The notes under the pieces: model-generated
The model's database searches: none
What the model was told of the DNA's origin: nothing
The model's input: the letters and a program-made list of their open reading frames with translations, nothing else
Shown: one piece after another, positions 51,569 to 61,455 of the stretch
Numbering within the stretch: position 1 is the stretch's first letter
Layout: every line of letters begins with the position of its first letter
Made by a program: the position numbers and the translations under genes
Assembly: GCA_002245135.1 (NCBI GenBank)
Contig: NGBS01000030.1
Location: forward strand, 1 to 64,000
Length of the DNA stretch: 64,000 bases
Origin: Proteromonas lacertae
Taxonomy: Eukaryota
Reading direction: 5' to 3'

Positions 51569-51757
51569 TTTGAAATAAAAAAAACTGAAAAAATGAAATT
51601 GAAACGGTCACTATTTTAAAATTATTAACTGTTTAATAAACTGTCAGATTGTGATTTATTTTAACTGTAGAAAAAAAACAATAGATAAACTAACCACTAT
51701 GAATTATAAAATATTTGTTTAAAACATTAAATTATAGAAAACTTATCAACTAACTCA

Positions 51758-52542
51758 CTAATTAGACCATCCTAACGATAACAATTCACATAATTCAGAA
51801 ACATTTTGAGCATAATAATCATGAGGTACATCCATCCTATAATAAGGATTAAGTAAACAAGAAAGAGTTTCAGCTCCTAAAAATAAAATAATGTTATAAA
51901 TATTAATACTCTTGGCAGCTGTCATTTCATGAATACTATCTCCAACACATAACACTTGACAAGGCAATAATGAATATTTCCTACACACATGAATTAAAGG
52001 ATCTGGATTTGGTTTATTTGGCTGAAATTCACGTGTAATTACATAATTAAATCTATAAGGACACATCTTATAGAAGTGATTCACAGCATCTTCTGAATTT
52101 GCTGTCAAACATATTGAATATACATCTATTATTGATATATGTATTATATATTATTAATTTTCTTACTTTTGTTTTGAAGAAGACGATGCAATATATCTAC
52201 ATCTGCAATATAATTAAAAAAAGAAATATTAAAATACCAGCTTGTACTTTCATTTCAGCAAGTGCTTCATTTTCCATTTTTATGATCTATTTAGAATAAT
52301 CATTCATCAAGTCAATACTTCTTTTAATGCTTCTTCTCTTTTTGAAGGATCGTACTTCATAACATATGGATATATGCTTTCTCCTTTCGGAACACCTGTT
52401 CTTCTTCTCATTTCTTCAAAATCAATTGTAACTAATTTAAAAAATCACACTATTATCTACATGGTTTGGTTAATGTTCCATCCAAATCGAATACTACAGC
52501 TTTACAAAATTTTAATAACGAAATTGGCTTTAGTACTTTCAT
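51758..52542 (-). CDS. HAD-superfamily hydrolase
   Basis: Motif I AVVFDLDGTLT, DFEEMRR, KPNPDPLIHVC and VGDS. Confidence 0.9.
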
Positions 52543-52628
52543 TTTTTAAACTATAATATTAAGTAGGTTTGATTATGTCAAATATTTTTTATTCGTTTTG
52601 ATTTTGTTATTTTGTAATTATTAAGCTA

Positions 52629-54129
52629 ATGACTTCATTTTATGATGTAAATATTGCTCCATTTCTACCTTATGGTTATGAAGTATACGAATATATTAAT
52701 AAAGTGATTAATAGATATCAAAATACTTAACTACAGAATCAAGTGGGTTATTATTTGAAGTAAAATGTTTGACTGAAAATAATTATGAAATATTAAAGGT
52801 TTTAAATATATTGAAACTTAGTGGTGATGTTGTAGAAAAGTATTTATCAATTATCAAACAAGTACAAGATATAGAATGTGATAATATAATTAATTATACT
52901 TCTATAACATATGATGATAAATATTTAGGTTTGACTATGAAAGATTATCCATATTCACTTCAAAATATTAATCCACTTTCTTTTTTTGAATATACTGGTG
53001 TATATGAATTATTAATGGAGATTACATCAGCAATCAAAGTATTACATAGTAATAATATAATTCATTCGAATATAAAACCATCGAATATATTAATAACAAA
53101 AGGTGAACATTATATTTTAACTGATTATCATAACAATTTATTGTATAATCCATCTACAGAATCATCAGTGTCATTAAATTCTCTTCATTATTTATCACCA
53201 GAAACAATTCAAAGTGGTGAAATTACAGCTGCATCTGATATGTGGAGTGTAGGAGCAGTAGTTTATTATTTATATAAATCATATGCTCCATTCGAAGGTA
53301 AAACAATTTTTCAAATAATGAAAAATATTAGTATATGTAATTATAAACCTTTTCCTAAAAACAAAAAAGGATTTGAATTGATTAATCAAATATTAGAGAA
53401 CTTATTAACTATAAAAAAAGATGATAGATATACAATAACTCAGTTGATTGAATTATTATCTAAATATGAAAGTGAAGAGTTTATTGTTAAGCAAGAATAT
53501 GATAAAAATTGTATTGAAAAGGATGAAAAAGAGAATAAGAAAGAAAATGGGATTGAATTAGATGAAAAGACTAAGGAAACTATCAATAAAAGAATAAATA
53601 TTTATAATAACAATATTTCAAATGGTTTAACATTTTCATTTGATCATATTGGAGATAATGGCATAAAGTATCTTGCTGATAAACTTGAATCAATGGAGAA
53701 TATTACAAAGTTGATATTAAGAGATAATAACATTACTGATAATGGATTGAAAATCCTAACATATCATCTAAAATACATTCCACAATTATCAATACTCAAT
53801 TTATCATGTATATACATATATTGTTATTGTAATTGTTATTGTAAATAGCTAATTTAATAACAGAAAAAGGAATAGAAATATTTTGTAGAAAATTACAAGA
53901 TATAAAGTTAATAAAGAAGTTGGATTTAAGCTATAATAGAATAAATGATGATGGTGTAGAATATTTGGTTTCTTCAATATATAAATGTTCTCAATTAGAA
54001 GATTTGAATATTTTGTGTATAATTTACATATTTATTATTTTTATAGGTAATAGACTTAATGATATTTACACAGCAAAAGATAATATATTATCATCCCATC
54101 CTAATAAATCACTAAATATATTAATATAA
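52629..54129 (+). CDS. Protein kinase-like domain (probable pseudokinase) + C-terminal RNI-like LRRs
   Basis: IIHSNIKPSNIL, LTDYH, YLSPE, SDMWSVG and PFEG; LRRs LILRDNNITDNGLKIL and LDLSYNRINDDGVEYL. First intron about 52683-52714. Confidence 0.88.
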
Positions 54130-54215
54130 CTATTTTATGAATTGTTTTTGAAATTTTAAAATTTCAATGTAATAATTACATGTAAATTACAATAAAAAAT
54201 CTAAAAATCAAACAA

Positions 54216-55979
54216 ATGACTTTATATCTTGATGAGAAGATATTTTCTGAAGCAATAGCTAATCTTAACAAAGCTATGGAATCTAAAAACAGATTAGAAG
54301 AAGCTACAGATGAAGTGCTGACATCATTCGAAAAGAAGATTGCTACATTAGAGAAAAGGATGGAACCTGTAAATGAAGTTACACAACCTCTTACACTAGC
54401 TCAAGATAATATCGACAAGGTTTTAGAAGGAATGAAAGATGTTTTAACTCATTTTGACTTATCATCCAATATAACAACCAATTTAAAATCAGATATTTTA
54501 CAATCATCCCCAGACAAATATTTTGAAGCTGTATCTGAACTAACAAAATCAGTAGAGTATGTAAAGAAACACGAAAACTACAAAAGTGCTGAATCAACTC
54601 TTCGTGTATTAGAGACCATATTAAACCAATCAGTTGAAGAAGTAACCAAAGATATTCAAGCAATCTTAATGGTAGCTTCATCGTTATTATCCGATGATAC
54701 ATTGCCACCAGTATCTGAAACAGGTAAACAGAGAGCTAATTACTATATAAAAGAATTAATGAAAGCAGGTGATAAAACATGGAGTTCAACATATGAAGAA
54801 GTGAGAAGTAGTAATATAATAATGCAATTAAGACAAATACAATCAGAATCAATGCAGGCTAATCCAAACTCATTATCCCATGCAAAAGATGCATTTGAAA
54901 GGATCTATAATCGATACATAAATGATATAAAAGATGAATATATATTAGCACAAGAAATCTTACCAGAAAATGAAATGAAAGAGAAGTTTTTGGCAATGGC
55001 AACTAAACCATTAATAGTGATTAAGGAAATGGAAGATTTATGTAAAGAAATAATCAATAAAGAACTAAGATCAAATGGTGAAAAGATTGTAGAAATGGCA
55101 AGTTTTTCTGATTTTATATATCAAGGTAATCAAACCTTCAAACATGTTATAGGAAGTATTGTTGAAGCATTTGGTGGTCCACTTCAAGAGATGGAAGAAT
55201 ATTATTATAGTTTCTTAGGTTCAACTAAAGATACATTAAGAGGGTTTAATAATGAAGTAAAACGAGCAAGAAGTAGAATAAAAGAAATTCCTGAGAATGG
55301 TAGTGTTTTGCCTATTGCTTCTTCTACTTTAACAACATTAAAACAATTATTTACAAGTTATTATGATGCTATGGTACAATTATTAAGTTCTGATGATCAA
55401 TATAAAGATACCAAAGATTATTTAGATTTTATATTGAAGAGTTTATGTGATATTATACTACAGTTAGTAAAAGCAGAAGGTAAAACCTCATTTTCACATA
55501 TATTTTTAATGAACAATTATCAATATTTAGTCGATCAATTAACATCCATAACAAGAGTCGATTGTACATTAACAATCGATCAATATAATGATAAAATATC
55601 AATGGAATTAGAAGAGTATATGAAATCTAGTTGGAGTAATATTAATAAGATTTTAAGCAAAAAACCTAAGATTGAGTATAGTAAAGGTAAGGATTTAACC
55701 AAAGATAGTAGAAGAGCAATTAAAACAGTATTTCAGGAGTTTTTGGATGAATTTAATAGCATTTATGATAGTCAAAAGAAGTGGTATATTCCTAATAGTG
55801 ATTTGAGAGACAGAGTTATGGATGAAATTTATAAGATTGTTCCTGTGTATAAAGAATTCTTTGAGAAGTATAAAAATGAGAGATTTTCAAAGAATATGAT
55901 TCATATGTATTTGCAATATCCACCTGCTAAATTTGAAGATATGATTGATGAGTTATTTACTGAAACATTGGATATTTAA
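54216..55979 (+). CDS. EXO70: Exocyst subunit Exo70
   Basis: N-terminal LTSFEKKIATLEKRMEPV...NIDKVL; PENGSV; IFLMNNYQY; IKTVFQEF...IYDSQKKWYIPNSDLR....IVPVYKEF; intronless. Confidence 0.93.
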   Translation: MTLYLDEKIFSEAIANLNKAMESKNRLEEATDEVLTSFEKKIATLEKRMEPVNEVTQPLTLAQDNIDKVLEGMKDVLTHFDLSSNITTNLKSDILQSSPDKYFEAVSELTKSVEYVKKHENYKSAESTLRVLETILNQSVEEVTKDIQAILMVASSLLSDDTLPPVSETGKQRANYYIKELMKAGDKTWSSTYEEVRSSNIIMQLRQIQSESMQANPNSLSHAKDAFERIYNRYINDIKDEYILAQEILPENEMKEKFLAMATKPLIVIKEMEDLCKEIINKELRSNGEKIVEMASFSDFIYQGNQTFKHVIGSIVEAFGGPLQEMEEYYYSFLGSTKDTLRGFNNEVKRARSRIKEIPENGSVLPIASSTLTTLKQLFTSYYDAMVQLLSSDDQYKDTKDYLDFILKSLCDIILQLVKAEGKTSFSHIFLMNNYQYLVDQLTSITRVDCTLTIDQYNDKISMELEEYMKSSWSNINKILSKKPKIEYSKGKDLTKDSRRAIKTVFQEFLDEFNSIYDSQKKWYIPNSDLRDRVMDEIYKIVPVYKEFFEKYKNERFSKNMIHMYLQYPPAKFEDMIDELFTETLDI

Positions 55980-56072
55980 ACTAATTATAATTATAGATGT
56001 ATTTGTGTTTTTTTTTATATTCGAGTTTTTGGCTTGATTTTTTGATTTTTTTGTTTTTATTTTCTCATCAAA

Positions 56073-56337
56073 TTGGATGTATTGTTTGTATATGAATTTA
56101 TTAATAGACTGTAAGAATTGAAACAAGTGATCATCAACTGATTCTTGTTCCAGTTGCTGTTGTATTTTATTAATAATAATACTTAGGCAAAAATATCTCC
56201 AACTATAAAAGCAATGATTGAGTCAAGTATATTAATAGTAATTTACTATTCATTTGTTAGAATTTGTTGAAAAACAAGCAGTATCTCAAACACCAACTGT
56301 AAAAGAAGATGAAAATCAGTCCGATATTGTAAACTAA
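56073..56337 (+). CDS. Short Elongin C/Skp1-like fragment (N-terminal half of POZ fold), three introns (absent from ORF track)
   Basis: Spliced (L/M)D|TVRIETSDHQLILVPVAV|AKISPTIKAMIES|KFVEKQAVSQTPTVKEDENQSDIVN* resembles EloC VKLISSDGHEFIV...A..SGTIKAML. The start reads TTG, or ATG if one T is an error. Confidence 0.55.
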
Positions 56338-56547
56338 GTTAATTAGTATTTATATATTTGTTTTGAAAGAGTAATATTTAAGTGAATGTCTATTTTATTT
56401 TGTAATACTGTTGTATATGGATAGTTTATTCTTACCTAATATATATTGAGAGTACTAATTAAGTTATGATGGTGAAATGAAAATTTTAAAAATATATTCG
56501 TTTCATAGTTTTTCTAAATTTAAAATTTCTTGTGCTTGCATTAATAT

Positions 56548-57502
56548 ATGGAAGAAATAAATAGGAAAGCTGAAGCAATCAGACAAAATCTATATTATAT
56601 TACAGATAAATTAGAGAAAAATAGCTTCGTAGTATTAGTTCCTTATTTTGTAATCTTTATTAGTCAAAACCTCTTGTATCTAATTTAAAAATACATCAAA
56701 AATATTATCTATTAAGTGAAAAAGGATATTATGAGACAATAGAGTCATTAAAACAAGAAAGTCTACTTTATCTAACAAAGCTTACTAGTATTGCTCAAGA
56801 TATAATAAGAAAATCACAAAGTGAAAAAGATAATCTAATAGCAATAAAAAGAAGAAAATCTGATTCAGTTCATTTTGAAGTATCTAAACATCTTGATAAT
56901 CTCAGAGTATTACAATTTTATTTAATATAATATGTATGTAGAATGAATATAAAGAAAAATTGGATAAATTATCATCAAATTTCGTAAGATTAGAAAAAGA
57001 ATTAGAAATGAAATTAGACATGAAGAATAATCTAGAAAATGAATTAATTGAATGTAGTAATATAATATCTAGTGCTGTTATAAGTGAAAGTGATTATACA
57101 AATAAAATATCAAAGTTTAAAAGTGATATAAATGAATTCAATAATCAAGAAGAAGAAATGAAAGTATATATAAAAGACTATTTTGTTATTTAATAATAAT
57201 AGAAAAAGATAAATGATATAGAAATAAAAATAAAACAACAAGAAGTCGAAATTAATAACAACGAAGAAGAAGAAAGTAGTGAAGAAATGAAGAGATTAAT
57301 AGAAGTTGAGAATGAAATAATAAGATATCAAAACCAACTACATATCCTACAAACACATTGTGATTCTTTAAAAGCCAATATTATTCCAAATAAAACTACT
57401 GAAGTGTTGAGAAACAGTGTAGCAGGAAAGAATGAAAAGAAAGAGATTGAAATATATGAAAAACTATTTAAAAAAGTAGTAGATGAGTTAAATAACAAAT
57501 GA
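56548..57502 (+). CDS. Coiled-coil hypothetical protein (three introns)
   Basis: E/K/N/I-rich exons from MEEINRKAEAIRQ linked by GTAT...TAG introns to TGA 57502. Confidence 0.72.
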
Positions 57503-57796
57503 ACATAAATCTATATGAGTTTTTTTATAATTGTTTTGTTGTTGTTGTTGTTGAATTAATTATCTGTATAAGTGTTGTATAAAGAGAGATTGTGTAGCTA
57601 ATGATCTAGTTTAAAATCTTGTAAAGAACATACCATACAGTATAGTTGTATATATAAATAGAAATAATAATAATATTCTGTAAATATGGAACATATGGTA
57701 CATAATTATTTAAGCGTCATATTAATATCGTTTCAAATTATTTTACTTTACAAAACAATTGTTTATCAGTGACACAAGTACTTTTGACCTTTCATT

Positions 57797-58862
57797 ATGG
57801 CTTCTATTGTTCCAATCAGCTCCATTAATTCAAAAGAAGATAATTATAACTACGTATAATATAAAGATTTTTAATCTTTAGTACTTTTCATATAAATTAT
57901 ATAAAAATCAAAAAAAGAAGAGATATCAGACGTTGTGTTATCCAATATCTAATACTACTGTTGCAATATGTAATACTCTCTTTTGTATTTTATAAATTGT
58001 TATAAATAAATGTATAGTGAATAATAATGAAATAAATGTGATAATTGGATCGTATTTATCAATGTGGATAAAGAATCCTAAAGATAATTTTGTTTCAAAA
58101 ACTACAATTTTGAGTAAATTTGAAAAAGAATGTGAAAGTTATATATCATCTTTCTTTATAGATGAGAAGGTAAGTTGCAATGATTACGTGTTATTTATAT
58201 GCTTTTTCTTATTTTATAAAACTCCAGATATTCTATCAGTACTAGTCTCAATATGTGGTAATACCAGTAACATTTTAATAACCAAAGATAAAATGGATAT
58301 ATTTTGTGATATGTATCAAGTAGAGAAGAAGTTTTATCAAGCAATAATAGAATTGTTAGAAGAATCAAAGAATATCTATCCTGACTCAGATAAGAGAGCT
58401 TATGATTTAAAGACATTTATAATGTACATGTCAGACAGTTTTAGTATTTTAACATCATTAAATAGTATTCAACATACCATAATGAAATTAACTTTTGATC
58501 AATTAATGATGGATAGCATACTTTTTAAAAGAAATTACTATTATTTTAAAAATAATAACTATACAATCATACCATTTAAAAAAGAAACCTGCTCTGAAAA
58601 ATTATACAGAATCATGTTTACAAATAAACCTAAACCTTATTATTGTAATTATTCTACTAAATACCCATTAGAACAAGAGAAGGCAGTTGTGTTATATAAA
58701 ATTAAAAGTAGATTTGGTTATTCCAAAAGAAACAATTCTACATTCTTCTATTCATTAACACCAAAATCAATTAAACTACAATTACATCAAACTCACAGCC
58801 TCTCATCTAGTGTTAGAAAATCCCCTACCTGTAAATTTATAGTTCCTTCATTATCAGTTTAA
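57797..58862 (+). CDS. Hypothetical protein, possibly degenerate EF-hand-like
   Basis: ATG 57797, two small introns, then the 281-codon exon; only weak helix-loop-helix-like segments (KVSCNDYVLFICFF, LITKDKMDIF). Confidence 0.65.
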
Positions 58863-59083
58863 TAATTAGTTAATATTAATAGTATTTATTGTGTAATATA
58901 TGTTTTGAAGTTTTACTTAAAATATCATAAATTAATAAGATTTTAAAAATGTCGTTACAAATATGAAGTAAAATACACGAAAAACAATATCTTGTGTGTT
59001 TATTCGTTATTTCATATTCATCCAATCAATGCACTTAATTATTGTATAAATTCAAAACGATTCATTTTTTTTAATATCACAAA

Positions 59084-61197
59084 ATGGGATTTTTAGAGTT
59101 AGGAACACCTCTTTCATTTGAAAAATCTAAGAAATATATTCCATACAGTATTTTATATCCATACTGAGATAACTATAGTTCGAGAGCACGGCATTACTCA
59201 ATTTTTGAACATCTACAAAAAATTTAAGAATGATCATAACCACCAATTTTTATGGGGTGATGAAGTTTATATTATTATGTATATATTTTAGATCGAGTAC
59301 ATAATTACTAAGAAAGATGAAGAAACTGGGTTATATAAAGTGTTATTGTGCTATGATGATTTGATAGATAAAGTAAGAAATGATGAAGAGTATATTATCA
59401 TTGTTTTTAGCTAATTAGAGATGAAACTTCTTCTTTTCACCCAGAATATGCAGGTTATATGATAGAAGCCACTCCCAACAAGCCATATGGTAGTTTTATA
59501 GGTGATCTCTTAGAAGTGGAAAGAAATATGAATAGAAGAAGAAAAACTGTGTTAAAACATCTACCAAAAGATTCTCATATATTATCATTAGTTAATTTTC
59601 CATATATGGGAGTTGGCGATTTTACAATACCATCTTATAAACCGCATGGAACTATTGCATTATCAGATACTATTCCAGATGAAATAATCAATTCTCATCC
59701 AAGATTTGCGTATATTTTAATATTAAATAATAATAATAGAACATTAACAAAAAATATTCGATCAAGAAGAGGTGAAAAAGTGAATATCAATATGCCAATA
59801 TTTCCTGATACAAATACAAAAGATGTAAAAAAAGGAATCGAAATGGATTGTATGGGATATGGAATGGGTTGTTGCTGTTTACAAGTTACTTTTCAAGCTA
59901 GAGATTTGGATGAAGCTAGAAAATTGCATGATCAATTAACTGTTATTTCACCCATTATGTTAGCATTAACAGCTGCTTCACCTATTTGGCAAGGTAAATT
60001 ATCTAATGTTGATACACGATGGAATGTAATCAGTGCAAGTTGTGATGATAGAACCAAAGGAGAAAGAGGATTAGAACCATTAAAACCAGGTGAAAAATTA
60101 ATACCAAAATCAAGATACAGTTCTATTGATTTATATATTGCTAATACCAATAATAATAGACCTGAATATAATGATATTGAAGTACCAATAGATGAAGCAT
60201 CATATAACAGATTAATCGAAGAAGGTGTTGATGATAAATTGGCAAGACATATTGCTCATTTATTTGTAAGAGATCCTTTGGTTGTATTTAATGATAGAAT
60301 ATATGTGGATGATAAAAAAACTTCTGAACATTTTGAAAATTTCCAAAGTACCAATTGGCAAAGTGTCCGTTTCAAACCACCACCACTTGAAGGAGAAGTC
60401 AATGGTTGGAGAGTTGAATTAAGAACAATGGAAGCACAATTAACAGATTGTGAAAATGCTGCTTTTTCAATATTTTCTGCTTTATTATCAAGAACTGTGT
60501 TATTCTTTGATTTGGATTTGTATATTCCAATATCTAAAGTTGATGAGAATATGGAAAGAGCTCATCACATTAATGCAGCGTTGACTGAAAAATTCTGGTT
60601 TAAAAGACATATAGTTCCTTTACAGAGTGGTTGTAAGTGTTGCACTCCAATTTCATCTGACAGAGATGAATATGGTGAATTTACAGTTAAAGAAATACTT
60701 TTAGGTCATGTATAAAATACTTATTTTTATTATGTTTATATAGAATCGTAGTCCTGGATTAATTCCATTAATATATGCATATTTAGATATTATTGGATGT
60801 AAAGGAAATGACTTATTAGTTATTCAAGGATATATGAAAATTATAATAAATCGAATAAATGGCACGACGATGACAACTGCTTCATGGATTAGAGATTTCG
60901 TAATGAACCATGAAGATTATAAACATGATTCAATTGTAACACCTGTCATCTTCAATGATTTGATGGATAAATTAATTGAATTTACTGAAAACGGGCGAAT
61001 GTTGTTGTAATTTATTAGCCAGTATCTATAGTGGAGATATTTTGGATAATCAAAAGAATACTGAAGAAATATTGAGAGTGAGAATGAGAGGTCAAAGCTT
61101 TCACGATGAAATACCATGTGACAAATGTAGAAAAATAACTGAGTTGATAGAATCCAAAAAAGAGGAGTTTGAATCTTTTGAAGTGATAGAACTGTAG
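59084..61197 (+). CDS. GCLC: Glutamate-cysteine ligase catalytic subunit
   Basis: MGFLELGTPL, VREHGITQFL, WGDE|IEY, HPEYAGYMIEATP, MDCMGYGMGCCCLQVTFQ, HFENFQSTNWQSVRFKPPP, GWRVELRTME and TTASWIRDFV. Confidence 0.97.
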
Positions 61198-61455
61198 AAT
61201 AAACTCCATGATAATTGCTCGTTCATATTTGTTTATTTTTTATAAATCTGTTGTTAAATATTCTTAATCACATAATCACACAAATAATTGGAATTAAATA
61301 TATCTTGAAGCATTTGAAAATGTAACATCTTAATAATCATAACAGATGGGGAAAGTATGAAGAGTAATATTCTAATACAGCTAAAATTGTATTTTTTATT
61401 GGCAGTTAGTCTTTTTAATCAAAATTTTTAGTAAACTTAAAGGAAGGAGTATTAT

